From: Chloroflexota bacterium
GTDB lineage: Bacteria; Chloroflexota; UBA11872
DNA: 51,629 nt
Reading direction: 5' to 3'
NCBI GenBank assembly: GCA_028875175.1
Contig: JAPPFO010000031.1
Span: forward strand, 1 to 51,629
Shown piece after piece: positions 18,146 to 27,865 of this stretch (the first letter of the stretch is position 1; every line of letters starts with the position of its first letter). Under the pieces are notes generated by a model. That model saw only the letters and a list, made by a program, of their open reading frames with translations, was not told the origin of the DNA and ran no database searches. The translations under genes were made by a program, and so were the position numbers.

Positions 18146-18683
18146 CAGAGGATGCCCCGACGGCCTGTCGGCGGCGGGCCACGGTCTCTTCAGGTATCTG
18201 AAGGCTCGCCAGGCCATTCACCGTGGCGCGCACCACGTTCACCGCATTGGTAGAGCCAATGATCTTGGTGAGGAGATTGCGAACGCCGGCAAGTTCAAGC
18301 ACGGCCCGTACCGCGCCGCCAGCAATGACTCCCGTGCCGGGCCGGGCGGGGCGAAGGACGACCTTGGAAGCCCGATAGCTCTCTTCGACATAGTGTGGAA
18401 TTGAGCCATCTTCGGTCAGGGGAATCTCAATCAGGGAGCGCCGAGCGCGCTCCTGACCCTTGCGAATGGCCGCCACGACCTCGTTGGCCCGACCGATCCC
18501 CACACCAACATGCCCGCGACGGTCGCCAACCACGACAATTGCATTGAATCCGAATCGGCGACCGCCCTTAACAACCTTGGCCACGCGCTTGATGCGCACG
18601 ACGCGGTCGTCCAGACGATGAAGGTCGCCGGAATCTCGGGCTGCGTCGTGGCCGCCTCGGGCAAGCCTGGAATCCATCGTCAT
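18138..18683 (-). CDS. rpsE: 30S ribosomal protein S5
   Basis: [42 protein letters not shown]. Confidence 0.96.
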   Translation of the reverse strand: MTMDSRLARGGHDAARDSGDLHRLDDRVVRIKRVAKVVKGGRRFGFNAIVVVGDRRGHVGVGIGRANEVVAAIRKGQERARRSLIEIPLTEDGSIPHYVEESYRASKVVLRPARPGTGVIAGGAVRAVLELAGVRNLLTKIIGSTNAVNVVRATVNGLASLQIPEETVARRRQAVGASSDD

Positions 18684-19033
18684 AGTGCAATGCCCCCAGC
18701 GCGCAGGGCGTCGGCCAACGCCTTGACGCGCCCGTGGTAGCGATGGCCGCCGCGATCGAACACGACGGCGCTTATGTCAAGTTCCTCCGCGCGCTTCGCC
18801 AGGCGAGCACCAACGTCCGCTGCGCGCTCGAGCTTGGTGGCGCCCTCCGCTGAAGATTCACGCGACGAGGAGGCGGCCAACGTATGGCCGGCCACGTCGT
18901 CTATGACCTGGGCGTAGGTGTGCTTGAGGCTACGAAACACCGCGAGCCGCGGTCGCTCGGGACGACCAGTGACCCGCTGGCGAATGCGGCGGTGCCTCCG
19001 TATGCGTGCCGCTCGTCGAGTCTCAGCTGCCAT
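18680..19033 (-). CDS. rplR: 50S ribosomal protein L18
   Basis: [35 protein letters not shown] ... [20 protein letters not shown]. Confidence 0.95.
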   Translation of the reverse strand: MAAETRRAARIRRHRRIRQRVTGRPERPRLAVFRSLKHTYAQVIDDVAGHTLAASSSRESSAEGATKLERAADVGARLAKRAEELDISAVVFDRGGHRYHGRVKALADALRAGGIAL

Positions 19034-19045
19034 TCGTCAATCCAC

Positions 19046-19597
19046 CTATGCGACGACCGTTGCAGCGGTCTTGCCGGGCTTTCGCCGTACAACTTCGCCC
19101 TGGTAGCGGAGACCATGACCCTTGTAGGGGTCGGCGGGGCGAATTGCTCGAATCTCCGCCGCAATCTGGCCCACCGCTTGCTTGTCGATACCTCGAATGA
19201 TGATATGGGTCGGGTCGGGCACCTCGAACTCGATGCCGTCAGGCGCCCGGCGTCGTTGCGGATGGGTAAACCCCAGCTGCAAGTCGAGCGTGGCGCCCTG
19301 GAGTTGCACCCGATATCCGGTGCCCTGGATCTCAAGCCGTTTTTCATAGCCCTGGGTGACGCCGAGGATCATGTTGGCCACCAACTGGCGAGCCAGCCCA
19401 TGCAGGGCGCGGATCCGGTGCTCGTCGGTGGGACGGCTGGCCACCACACGTCCGTTCTCGCGCGTAAACGTAATCATGGGCGGTAGCGCCTGGACCAACT
19501 CGCCCTTGGGCCCCGTTACCGTGACGACATTTTCCGTGTCAAAACTGACGGTCACTCCGTCAGGAACATCGATGGGGGTCATACCAATGCGGGACAT
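19046..19597 (-). CDS. rplF: 50S ribosomal protein L6
   Basis: MSRIGMTPIDVPDGVTV from ATG 19597, which lies 4 nt after the rpsH stop. The longer ORF-track start at 19780 runs into rpsH and is rejected. Confidence 0.95.
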   Translation of the reverse strand: MSRIGMTPIDVPDGVTVSFDTENVVTVTGPKGELVQALPPMITFTRENGRVVASRPTDEHRIRALHGLARQLVANMILGVTQGYEKRLEIQGTGYRVQLQGATLDLQLGFTHPQRRRAPDGIEFEVPDPTHIIIRGIDKQAVGQIAAEIRAIRPADPYKGHGLRYQGEVVRRKPGKTAATVVA

Positions 19598-19601
19598 GGG
19601 C

Positions 19602-19991
19602 CTACCAGACGAAACAGATGACTTCGCCGCCCAGGCGACGTTTGGCAGCTTCACGACCGGACATGATGCCCTGGGAGGTTGAGACAACAGCAGTACCAAT
19701 ACCGCCCATGACCCGCGGAATCTCGCGCGCCCGCGTATGGATACGCAGACCGGGACGGCTGACGCGCTTGGCGCCGCCAAACGCGGGCGTGCCGTTTTGG
19801 TATCGCAGCGTCACTTCCAACCAGGCGCGATGGCCCTCGTGGAGAGTCTCAATGGACCCGACAAAGCCTTCTTCGGCAAGCAGGGCCGCGATTCGGGCTT
19901 TGGTCTTTGAATGCGGGATGCGGACCTTGGTGTGACACGCCGTGACAGCATTCCGCAGCCGCGTCAGCATGTCCGCAATTGGGTCCGTCAT
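19602..19991 (-). CDS. rpsH: 30S ribosomal protein S8
   Basis: MTDPIADMLTRLRNA ... GGEVICFVW. Confidence 0.96.
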   Translation of the reverse strand: MTDPIADMLTRLRNAVTACHTKVRIPHSKTKARIAALLAEEGFVGSIETLHEGHRAWLEVTLRYQNGTPAFGGAKRVSRPGLRIHTRAREIPRVMGGIGTAVVSTSQGIMSGREAAKRRLGGEVICFVW

Positions 19992-19998
19992 CGTCGGC

Positions 19999-20238
19999 TC
20001 ACCAACTGGCTTTCGTCACGCCCGGGATGTGCCCCTTCACGGCGAGTTCCCGGAAGCAGATTCGGCAGATCCCGAATCGCCGTATGTGCGCGCGCGGACG
20101 CCCGCAGAGCCGGCACCGGTTGCGATAGCGCACTTTGAAACGCAGTTTCCGACCGCGAATGGACTTGGACTCAAACTCGGGGTCCAGCCACGCCTCGCGT
20201 TCGCGCTTCCACTTTTCAATCTTCGCCTTTCGAGCCAT
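19999..20238 (-). CDS. rpsN: 30S ribosomal protein S14, zinc (type Z-like) form with internal insertion
   Basis: [38 protein letters not shown] (CxxC-N12-CxxC). It is 79 aa, versus 61 aa for the classic type Z form. Confidence 0.92.
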   Translation of the reverse strand: MARKAKIEKWKREREAWLDPEFESKSIRGRKLRFKVRYRNRCRLCGRPRAHIRRFGICRICFRELAVKGHIPGVTKASW

Positions 20239-20247
20239 ATGCGAACC

Positions 20248-20805
20248 TCAGGCCGCCTCTTCCAGGCGTTGGAACGGCATGCCGAGGAGTTCAAGCAGCC
20301 GTAGGGATTCAGCGTCGGTTCGCGCGGTCGTCACGATTACCACCTGCAAACCGCGAATCCGATCAATCTGGTCGTAGTCGATTTCCGGAAAAATGAGCTG
20401 CTCGGTCAGTCCCAGCGCGTAGTTGCCGCGGCCATCGAAGGAGGTCCGCCGAACACCGCGAAAGTCACGCATGCGTGGCAGCGCAACGGTAACAAGTCGG
20501 TCCATGAATTCGTACATGCGGGGACCACGCAGCGTACCCTTCACGCCCACGCGCTGCGCAGCCCGCAGCTTGAATGCAGCCACGCTCTTGCGAGCCCGCG
20601 TCACAACCGGGCGCTGGCCCGTGATTGTCGCAATATCCCGCACGGCGTGATCCACCGACGCATCGTTTTCGAGCGCTTCGCCTAGCCCGATATTCACGAT
20701 GATGCGGTCCAACTGCGGCACGGCCAACGGGTTGCCATACCCAAACTCACGCATCAATTGCGGTCGGATTTCATCCCGGAAACGTGCAAGAAGGCGGGCC
20801 ATCAC
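20248..20805 (-). CDS. rplE: 50S ribosomal protein L5
   Basis: 185-aa ORF with IVNIGLGEA, FDGRGNYALGLTEQLIFPEIDYD and LQVVIVTTA, in the canonical position. Confidence 0.96.
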   Translation of the reverse strand: MMARLLARFRDEIRPQLMREFGYGNPLAVPQLDRIIVNIGLGEALENDASVDHAVRDIATITGQRPVVTRARKSVAAFKLRAAQRVGVKGTLRGPRMYEFMDRLVTVALPRMRDFRGVRRTSFDGRGNYALGLTEQLIFPEIDYDQIDRIRGLQVVIVTTARTDAESLRLLELLGMPFQRLEEAA

Positions 20806-21131
20806 TCGTCAATCTGTTCGTTGCATCGGCGGCAGCGTCGCCGCTTCCTGCCGTCGTCGCCCCGCGTGTAGCCGACGCGCACCGGCTGGTCGCAGACGGG
20901 GCACACCAGCATGACGTTTGACGCGTCAAGTGGGGCGTTGAAGTCAATGATACCCGCTGGCTGTCCGATGGCCCTCGGCCTCGCGTGACGCTTTCGAACG
21001 TTCACGCCCTCCACAACCACACGTCCCGTGGCCGGCACCACGCGCTCCACCACGCCTCGCCGCCCAACGTCGCGGCCCTGGAGCACCTGGACCGTATCGC
21101 CTTTGCGGATTCGAAATCGTCGAACCGACAT
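20802..21131 (-). CDS. rplX: 50S ribosomal protein L24 (with C-terminal Cys4)
   Basis: KOW block IRKGDTVQVLQGRDVGRRGVV and VEGVNVRKRH. The C-terminal part carries CPVC...CRRC. Confidence 0.94.
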   Translation of the reverse strand: MSVRRFRIRKGDTVQVLQGRDVGRRGVVERVVPATGRVVVEGVNVRKRHARPRAIGQPAGIIDFNAPLDASNVMLVCPVCDQPVRVGYTRGDDGRKRRRCRRCNEQIDE

Positions 21132-21133
21132 CG

Positions 21134-21499
21134 CTACAAGACCTCCGGCGCCAGCGAGACGATGCGCATAAACCGACGGTCTCGCAGTTCGCGCCCAACA
21201 GGCCCAAAGATGCGCGTACCGCGAGGAACTTCTCCCTCAAGCAATACGGCGGCGTTGTCGTCAAAGCGGATCCGCGAGCCGTCGGGCCTCCGGTACTCCT
21301 TATTCACCCGCACCACCACAGCCCGCACCACGGATCCTCGCGGAACAGCGCTGTTGGGCGCCGCTTGTTTGACGCTGCCCACAATAATGTCGCCCACGCG
21401 CGCGTACTTTCGCGACGATCCGCCCAGCACGCGGATGCACATGATTTCGCGCGCGCCGCTGTTGTCGGCGACTCGGAGCCGGCTCTGTTGCTGAATCAT
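21134..21499 (-). CDS. rplN: 50S ribosomal protein L14
   Basis: [28 protein letters not shown]. Confidence 0.97.
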   Translation of the reverse strand: MIQQQSRLRVADNSGAREIMCIRVLGGSSRKYARVGDIIVGSVKQAAPNSAVPRGSVVRAVVVRVNKEYRRPDGSRIRFDDNAAVLLEGEVPRGTRIFGPVGRELRDRRFMRIVSLAPEVL

Positions 21500-21504
21500 G
21501 TGGG

Positions 21505-21843
21505 TTACGCGTTCTGTGAATCCCGGGAACTGTCGTCCGACTGTTCCTCGGCCACTCCGGCGCCCAAAGCCGCCTGGCGTTCTTCATCCGTCAGCCGGGT
21601 TCTTTCAATGACCTCGATCAATCGCCAGCGCTTCCGCCGGCTTATTGGCCGCGATTCCTCGATCTGAACCACGTCGCCGATGCGGCACGAGTTTTCCGGG
21701 TCGTGGGCCATGAACCTGCGCCGAATTCGCACTGGCTTCTTATACAGCCGATGACGGCGGATCGACTCCACCTCGACGATGATGGTCTTGTCGGCCCGAT
21801 CACTCGCTACGCGACCGATCCGCTGCGCACGCGCCCCTGGCAC
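21505..21843 (-). CDS. rpsQ: 30S ribosomal protein S17 (with acidic C-terminal extension)
   Basis: [46 protein letters not shown]. Confidence 0.93.
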   Translation of the reverse strand: MPGARAQRIGRVASDRADKTIIVEVESIRRHRLYKKPVRIRRRFMAHDPENSCRIGDVVQIEESRPISRRKRWRLIEVIERTRLTDEERQAALGAGVAEEQSDDSSRDSQNA

Positions 21844-21846
21844 GGG

Positions 21847-22062
21847 TTAGCCTTCTTCCATCTGGATTGACGCGAACGTGCGTTCGCGCTGAACGGTCAG
21901 CATTCGTGCGATATCGCGCCGCACGTGGCGAAGCTGCGATGTATCCGCCAGCTGCAACGTCGCGTGCTGGACACGCAGCCGAAAAAGCTCTTCCTTGGTT
22001 TCCGCAATCCGGGTCTCCAGCTCGTCATCGCTCAGGTCCCGGAACTGGTCAGCCTTAGCCAA
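21847..22062 (-). CDS. rpmC: 50S ribosomal protein L29
   Basis: [26 protein letters not shown] place the start at TTG 22062, which has GGAGG 6 nt upstream and overlaps the rplP end by 8 nt. There is no in-frame ATG or GTG downstream. The ORF-track start at 22155 is inside rplP. Confidence 0.85.
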   Translation of the reverse strand: MAKADQFRDLSDDELETRIAETKEELFRLRVQHATLQLADTSQLRHVRRDIARMLTVQRERTFASIQMEEG

Positions 22063-22480
22063 TGGTGACCTCCGCGGAACGTGATACGACACGCGTCTGA
22101 ACCGAGAGTTTGTGTGAGGCCAGGCGCATGGCTTCGCGTGCCATCGCTTCTTCAACGCCGGCCAGTTCGAAGAGAATCCGGCCTGGCTTGATCACGGCGA
22201 CCCAACTCTCGACATTGCCTTTCCCACTGCCCATGCGGACCTCGGCGGGTTTCTGGGTAATGGGTTTGTCAGGAAAGATGCGAATCCAGAGCTGGCCGGT
22301 ACGCCGAACCGAGTGGGTGATGGCCCGGCGAGCCGCCTCGATCTCGCGACTGTCGACCCATCCCACCGTGGTGGCCTGCAGCCCGAAGTCGCCCGAGACG
22401 AGCGAGTCGCCACGCGCGGCCCGGCCGCGGCGGCGCCCCCGGTGCATCTTGCGGAATTTGGTTCGCTTTGGCATCAGCAT
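22055..22480 (-). CDS. rplP: 50S ribosomal protein L16
   Basis: [19 protein letters not shown] ... [19 protein letters not shown]. Confidence 0.96.
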   Translation of the reverse strand: MLMPKRTKFRKMHRGRRRGRAARGDSLVSGDFGLQATTVGWVDSREIEAARRAITHSVRRTGQLWIRIFPDKPITQKPAEVRMGSGKGNVESWVAVIKPGRILFELAGVEEAMAREAMRLASHKLSVQTRVVSRSAEVTIG

Positions 22481-22482
22481 GG

Positions 22483-23232
22483 CTAACCTCGCGGTGGCCG
22501 CCGCCGACGGCCTGCAACGGGTCGCGATACCGTTTCCGTGAACAGCTCGGCTGCATCTCGAGCCGCCCCGCGGTGGACCCAGCCCTTGACGCCGATCCGG
22601 CCGGCCGACGTTCGCGCCTCCGTGAAGCCATAGTCAATATCGGCGTCCAACGTCTGGAGCGGGACGGTGCCCAGGAGTTCAAACTCGCTGCGCGACATTT
22701 CGCGGCCGCCCAGGCGGCCGCTAACCATAATCTTCACGCCCTGCGCACCCGCGCGCATGGTTCGTTCCGCCGTCATCTTGATGGCCCGCCGGAAGGAAAC
22801 CCGGCGCTCAAGCTGATCGGCAACATTGCGGACAACCAGAAACGCATCGAGCTCGGGCTGGCCGATCTCTTCGACATCCACGACTACGCGCTTGCCGGTA
22901 TGCCGTTCAATCCGATTCTGAATCTCCTCACGGTTGCTACCACCCCGTCCGATCACGATGCCCGGCCGCGCCGTATGGATCACTACTCGAACCTGGCTGA
23001 CCTGGCGCTCGATTTCAATCTTGGATACCCCGGCCCCGTAGCTGCCGCGCCGGCGGCCGCCGCGGCGCGCCGCATTGCGCCCGTTGGGCGCTTCAAGGTA
23101 GCGACGTACCAGATCGCGGATTGCCAGATCTTCCAGCAGCAATTCCGTGTAGTCGCGGTCGGCATACCAGGTACTTTCCCAGCGCGTGGTGTAGCCCAGG
23201 CGGTATCCAATGGGATGAACTTTGCGACCCAT
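22483..23232 (-). CDS. rpsC: 30S ribosomal protein S3
   Basis: [13 protein letters not shown], the KH block [18 protein letters not shown] and ADIDYGF. Confidence 0.96.
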   Translation of the reverse strand: MGRKVHPIGYRLGYTTRWESTWYADRDYTELLLEDLAIRDLVRRYLEAPNGRNAARRGGRRRGSYGAGVSKIEIERQVSQVRVVIHTARPGIVIGRGGSNREEIQNRIERHTGKRVVVDVEEIGQPELDAFLVVRNVADQLERRVSFRRAIKMTAERTMRAGAQGVKIMVSGRLGGREMSRSEFELLGTVPLQTLDADIDYGFTEARTSAGRIGVKGWVHRGAARDAAELFTETVSRPVAGRRRRPPRG

Positions 23233-23234
23233 GC

Positions 23235-23573
23235 CTATGTCATTCCGTCTTCCACGGTCACGGTAATGTGACCGGAACGCTTGAGGTACATCCCGACCCG
23301 ACCACGCGATCTGGGCCGATGGCGCCGAAGCGCAGGACCGTCGTTCACGACGACTGACTGAATTCGCAGCGCGTCGCGGTCCAGGGCGTAGTTGTGCTCG
23401 GCGTTGGCCGCCGCGGACTTGACCACTTTGGCAATCTCAGCAGCCGCTCTGTTGGGCATGAACGCCAGGGTAGCCATGGCCTGGTCGATCTCAAGTCCCG
23501 ACAACTCACGTGCAACGGCCCGCCCACGCTGGGGGGACATGCACACGTGCTTGGCGGTTGCGGAAACTTCCAT
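23235..23573 (-). CDS. rplV: 50S ribosomal protein L22
   Basis: 112-aa ORF between rpsS and rpsC, with RMSPQRGRAVAREL-type and RPRSRGRVGMYLKRSGHITV blocks. Confidence 0.94.
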   Translation of the reverse strand: MEVSATAKHVCMSPQRGRAVARELSGLEIDQAMATLAFMPNRAAAEIAKVVKSAAANAEHNYALDRDALRIQSVVVNDGPALRRHRPRSRGRVGMYLKRSGHITVTVEDGMT

Positions 23574-23576
23574 GGG

Positions 23577-23861
23577 TCAGGGTCCCATCGGCGCTGTTGC
23601 GCGTCCGCGCGCATGGCTGCGAAACGTGCGTGTCGGAGCGAATTCGCCAAGCCGATGCCCGACCATATTTTCTGAGATATACACCGGAACGTGACGCCGC
23701 CCGTCGTGGACGGCGATGGTTAGTCCGACCATTTCCGGATGCACCACGCTGGCCCGGCTCCAGGTGCGAATAACCTGCTTCCGGCGACTGCGCGAGGCTT
23801 CCGCAACACGCTTTTCAAGCTTTGGGTGGATGTACCAACCTTTTTTCGTACTGCGCGACAT
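23577..23861 (-). CDS. rpsS: 30S ribosomal protein S19
   Basis: [15 protein letters not shown] ... [29 protein letters not shown]. Confidence 0.96.
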   Translation of the reverse strand: MSRSTKKGWYIHPKLEKRVAEASRSRRKQVIRTWSRASVVHPEMVGLTIAVHDGRRHVPVYISENMVGHRLGEFAPTRTFRSHARGRATAPMGP

Positions 23862-23867
23862 ACCGTC

Positions 23868-24698
23868 CTACCTGTTCCGCCGGCGCACAATGAACTTGTC
23901 GCTGCGACGCCGTCCGACGCGAGTTCGGCGACCCTGGGTGGGCTTGCCCCACGGCGTCTTGGGCCCTGGCATGCCAACCGGCGCTTTACCTTCGCCGCCG
24001 CCGTGCGGATGGTCGGTGGGGTTCATGGCTGCGCCGCGCACTTGCGGACGGCGACGGCGCCAGCGTATCCGACCGGCCTTCCCGGCCGACTGATTGCTGT
24101 GATCCGCGTTTCCGACGCGCCCCACGGTCGCCATACAAGCATCGGACACTTGCCGCATCTCGCCCGACGGCAATCGAAGCGTCGCAAAGCCGCGGTCCTT
24201 GGCCATGAGTTGGCACACCATGCCGGCCGAACGCACGAGTTGGGCGCCGCGCCCGGGAGTCATCTCAACGGCATGCACTTCCGTACCCGCCGGGATGCGA
24301 GACAACTGCAATGCGTTCCCCGGCCGGGGCTCGACGCCTGGGCCAGAGACGAGTTCGCTGCCCACGCCGATTCCCACAGGTACCAGGATGTACCGCTTCT
24401 CACCGTCACGATAGTGCAGGAGCGCAATGTGGGCCGACCGGTTGGGATCGTATTCGATGCTAGCCACCACGGCCGGCACGCCGGACTTATCGCGGTGCCA
24501 GTCGATGACCCGGTAGCGCCGCTTCGAGCCGCCACCGCGATGTCGCACGGTGATCCGTCCGCTGTTGTTTCGACCGGCGCGCTTGGATAGCGGCCGCAGC
24601 AGCTTCTTCAGCGGCCGATCGCCTGACAGTTCGGCGTTGTCGACGGCGACATAGCCGCGCCGGCCTGGCGACGTTGGGTTGAAGTTACGAAGTCCCAT
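23868..24698 (-). CDS. rplB: 50S ribosomal protein L2
   Basis: [40 protein letters not shown]. Confidence 0.97.
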   Translation of the reverse strand: MGLRNFNPTSPGRRGYVAVDNAELSGDRPLKKLLRPLSKRAGRNNSGRITVRHRGGGSKRRYRVIDWHRDKSGVPAVVASIEYDPNRSAHIALLHYRDGEKRYILVPVGIGVGSELVSGPGVEPRPGNALQLSRIPAGTEVHAVEMTPGRGAQLVRSAGMVCQLMAKDRGFATLRLPSGEMRQVSDACMATVGRVGNADHSNQSAGKAGRIRWRRRRPQVRGAAMNPTDHPHGGGEGKAPVGMPGPKTPWGKPTQGRRTRVGRRRSDKFIVRRRNR

Positions 24699-24701
24699 CG
24701 G

Positions 24702-24986
24702 CTAGACCCCTGGCACCACTTCAATGCTGTGGCCCTCGCGCAGGGTCACCACGGCCTTTCGCCAGTTGGAGCGCTGGCCTTCAAATCGTCCCATCCGTCG
24801 CGGCTTTCCACGTACGTTCATTACGTTGACCGATGACACTTCCACGTGAAACATGGCTTCAACGGCGCGCTTGACCGCGTGCTTGGAGGCCCCGCGCCGA
24901 ACCTGGAAGACGTACTTCCCGAGTTCACCGAGCGCGGTGGATTTCTCGGTCACGATTGGCCGCGTAATGACGTCGGAAGGGTTCAT
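24702..24986 (-). CDS. rplW: 50S ribosomal protein L23
   Basis: VITRPIVTEKS ... FQVRRGASKHAVKRAVE, in the canonical position. Confidence 0.94.
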   Translation of the reverse strand: MNPSDVITRPIVTEKSTALGELGKYVFQVRRGASKHAVKRAVEAMFHVEVSSVNVMNVRGKPRRMGRFEGQRSNWRKAVVTLREGHSIEVVPGV

Positions 24987-25594
24987 GCGCCAACTCGCCG
25001 CTGCAGCGCATCCAACGCCGGCTGGCTGGTCACAATGTGGTCGGCGACGGCAATGTCGTAGAAGTTCAGGGTATCGGCCCGCTCAACGTCCACGTTGGGA
25101 ATGTTGCGCGCCGAGCGCCGCAGTTCTTCCGGCGGGTCAACGTCCACCAGCAGCACACGTCCTGCCAGACCGGCGGCTCGCAACCATGCGGCGCGGTCGC
25201 GAGTCTTGGGTGAATCGCCCCACGATGCCGCCACACGGATGGATTCATCAGCAGCCTTGGCTGCCAGGAGCGCGCGTACGGCTTGACGGCGCTCTCGCTT
25301 GTTCACGTGCAGGCGCGTCCGGCGCGGCTTGGGGCCAAACGCCACGCCGCCCCCTCGCCGGATGGGCGAACGGGCGCTTCCGGCGCGGGCTCGGCCGGTG
25401 CCCTTCTGCCGGTAGAGCTTGGCCGTACTGGCCGCGACCTCGCCGCGGCTCTTGGTGTTAGCCGTGCCCTGGCGCTGACTGGCGGCATGTGCGGTCAGCA
25501 TGCGATGCAGCAACTCAGCGGACGCGTCGGAATCACCAAAGCAGTCGCTGGCAACGGGAGAGATTTCGGCCGACGCCGGCACTTCGGCAGCCAT
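24983..25594 (-). CDS. rplD: 50S ribosomal protein L4
   Basis: RQKGTGRARAGSARSPIRRGGGVAFGPKPR. Confidence 0.93.
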   Translation of the reverse strand: MAAEVPASAEISPVASDCFGDSDASAELLHRMLTAHAASQRQGTANTKSRGEVAASTAKLYRQKGTGRARAGSARSPIRRGGGVAFGPKPRRTRLHVNKRERRQAVRALLAAKAADESIRVAASWGDSPKTRDRAAWLRAAGLAGRVLLVDVDPPEELRRSARNIPNVDVERADTLNFYDIAVADHIVTSQPALDALQRRVGA

Positions 25595-26235
25595 CAGTCC
25601 ATCTTCCGAATCGACTTGCGAACCGGCCGGATCGCGACGACCGTATCGCGCGGCCCGGGCACGGCCCCTACCAGGAGAACAAGTCCTCGTTCGACGTCGA
25701 CCTTCGCCACGGTCAGGTTGCGGGATGTAGCCCGGCCCCCGCCCATACGTCCAGCCATTCGCGTACCTTTGAAAACACGGCTTGGCGATGTGCCCGCGCC
25801 AACCGATCCAGGCGCGCGTTCGCGGTCAGACTGCCCGTGGGTTCGCTTGCCGCCTCTGAAGCCATGGCGCTTCACGACACCAGCGAAACCCTTGCCTTTT
25901 GACACGCTGACCACATCGACTCGCTCGCCAAGCTCCACGTTGGCCACGGTTAGTTCATCTCCCACCGAGACATCCGCGCCCTCGTCGGCCCGGAACTCGC
26001 GGAGCACACGATATGGCGGAAGGCGACCCAGATGACCACGTTCGGCTCGGGTCAGTCGGCGCTCGGGCACGGGGTCGAAGCCGAGTTGCACGGCGGAGTA
26101 GCCGTCGTCTGCTTCGGTACGCACCTGGGTGACGTGACAAGGACCAGCCTGGATGACCGAAACGCCCAGGGCGCGGCCTTGCTCGTCGAACACCTGCGTC
26201 ATGCCCAGCTTGCGGCCGATCAGTCCTACGGACAT
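25594..26235 (-). CDS. rplC: 50S ribosomal protein L3
   Basis: [13 protein letters not shown] and [23 protein letters not shown]. Confidence 0.95.
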   Translation of the reverse strand: MSVGLIGRKLGMTQVFDEQGRALGVSVIQAGPCHVTQVRTEADDGYSAVQLGFDPVPERRLTRAERGHLGRLPPYRVLREFRADEGADVSVGDELTVANVELGERVDVVSVSKGKGFAGVVKRHGFRGGKRTHGQSDRERAPGSVGAGTSPSRVFKGTRMAGRMGGGRATSRNLTVAKVDVERGLVLLVGAVPGPRDTVVAIRPVRKSIRKMD

Positions 26236-26237
26236 GG

Positions 26238-26630
26238 CTACGACTTCAACTCGATGTCAACACCTGCCGCCAATTGCAGCCGCAGGAGTTCGTCCATCGT
26301 TTGCGGTGTGGGGTCTATGACGTCAATCAGGCGCTTGTGCGTGCGCATTTCGAACTGCTCGCGCGAGTCCTTATCGATAAACGGCGATCGAATCACCGTC
26401 CACGTCTTGCGCTCCGTAGGCAGCGGAATCGGACCGCGCACGTCGGCGCCCGTCCGCCCGGCGGTGTCAATGATTCGCCGGGCCGCATCGTCCAGCACCC
26501 GGTGGTCGTACGCCTTCAGGCGGATTCTGATCCGCTGCGTGGGCGACTGCCGTCGCGGCCGCGCAGGGGCACGCCGCGCCGAGGCTTCCAACGAAGCCTG
26601 GCGTGGCGGTCGCGTGCGCGCTTGTGCCAT
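26238..26630 (-). CDS. rpsJ: 30S ribosomal protein S10 (with ~28-aa basic N-terminal extension)
   Basis: [15 protein letters not shown] ... [11 protein letters not shown] 26630 lies 3 nt after the tuf stop. The only in-frame alternative start is a TTG 12 codons downstream. Confidence 0.92.
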   Translation of the reverse strand: MAQARTRPPRQASLEASARRAPARPRRQSPTQRIRIRLKAYDHRVLDDAARRIIDTAGRTGADVRGPIPLPTERKTWTVIRSPFIDKDSREQFEMRTHKRLIDVIDPTPQTMDELLRLQLAAGVDIELKS

Positions 26631-26633
26631 GGG

Positions 26634-27836
26634 TTACTTGACGATGTTCGTTACAACGCCCGCGCCGACGGTTACGCCGCCTTCGCGAATGGCGAAGTTG
26701 ACCCCGTCTTCCAGCGCGATCGGCTGGTGCAGGCGAACGGTCATCTCCACGTTGTCGCCGGGAACCACCATTTCCGTCCCGGCCGGCAACTCGATCTCGC
26801 CGGTTACGTCCGTCGTCCGAATGTAGAACTGCGGACGATAGCCGCTGAAAAACGGCGTGTGGCGCCCACCCTCGTCCCGCGTCAGCACATAAACCTGTGC
26901 GTGGAATTCGGTGTGCGGGGTGATCGAGCCGGTTTTGGCCAACACCATGCCGCGCTCGACCTCGTCACGCTCGATTCCGCGCAGGAGGCAGCCGACGTTG
27001 TCGCCGGCGACGCCTTCATCGAGCGTCTTGCGGAACATCTCCACGCCGGTGACAACGCGCTGGTCAATCTCGGAGCGCATCCCGACGATGTCGATCTGCT
27101 CTCCGACCTGAACCTTGCCGCGTTCGACGCGGCCCGTGACCACGGTGCCGCGGCCTTTGATTCCAAAGACGTCCTCAACCGGCATCAGGAACGGCTGGTC
27201 GACTGGACGCTCCGGCTGCGGGATGTAGGTGTCCACGGCCTCCATGAGTTCGAGGATCGGCTGGTACTCGGGCGCATCCAGGTCCGTGCTCTCCGACTCC
27301 AGAGCTAACAGCGCACTGCCCGGAATGATCGGCGCGTTGTCGCCGTCGAAGTCGTACTTGTTCAAGAGGTCGCGAAGCTCGAGCTCAACGAGCTCCAGTA
27401 GCTCCTCGTCCTCGACAATGTCGGCCTTGTTGAGAAAGACCACGATTGCGGGCACATCAACTTGACGAGCCAGGAGCACGTGCTCGTAGGTCTGGGGCAT
27501 CGGCCCGTCGTCCGCGCCAACGACCAGGATCGCGCCATCCATCTGGGCGGCGCCGGTGATCATGTTCTTGATGTAGTCCCGGTGGCCGGGCGCGTCGATG
27601 TGCGCGTAATGCCGGCTCTCGGTCTCGTACTCCGCGTGCGTGATGGAAATCGTGATCCCGCGTTCCTTTTCCTCAGGCGCGCGGTCGATCTCGTCAAAGG
27701 CCATGAAGTCGGCCAGTTGCTTGTATGAGAGCACCTTGGTAATCGCCGCGGTCAACGTGGTCTTGCCGTGGTCGACATGGCCAATCGTGCCGACATTTAC
27801 GTGCGGCTTGGTTCGTTCAAAGTGTTGGCGTGCCAT
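26634..27836 (-). CDS. tuf: Elongation factor Tu
   Basis: 400-aa ORF with [10 protein letters not shown] (G1), DAPGH (G3), NKAD (G4) and SAL, and full-length similarity to EF-Tu. Confidence 0.98.
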   Translation of the reverse strand: MARQHFERTKPHVNVGTIGHVDHGKTTLTAAITKVLSYKQLADFMAFDEIDRAPEEKERGITISITHAEYETESRHYAHIDAPGHRDYIKNMITGAAQMDGAILVVGADDGPMPQTYEHVLLARQVDVPAIVVFLNKADIVEDEELLELVELELRDLLNKYDFDGDNAPIIPGSALLALESESTDLDAPEYQPILELMEAVDTYIPQPERPVDQPFLMPVEDVFGIKGRGTVVTGRVERGKVQVGEQIDIVGMRSEIDQRVVTGVEMFRKTLDEGVAGDNVGCLLRGIERDEVERGMVLAKTGSITPHTEFHAQVYVLTRDEGGRHTPFFSGYRPQFYIRTTDVTGEIELPAGTEMVVPGDNVEMTVRLHQPIALEDGVNFAIREGGVTVGAGVVTNIVK

Positions 27837-27865
27837 TCGCTCCTGTGCTCCTGCGCAGTACGCGG

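Noticed and set aside
20823-20903. Cys4 (CPVC...CRRC) zinc-ribbon-like motif in the C-terminal part of L24.
   Set aside because: It looked novel at first. However, I recall the same CPxC...CxxC arrangement at the equivalent position of Thermus thermophilus L24, so it is most likely a known lineage trait of zinc-type r-proteins. I keep it only as a taxonomic hint.
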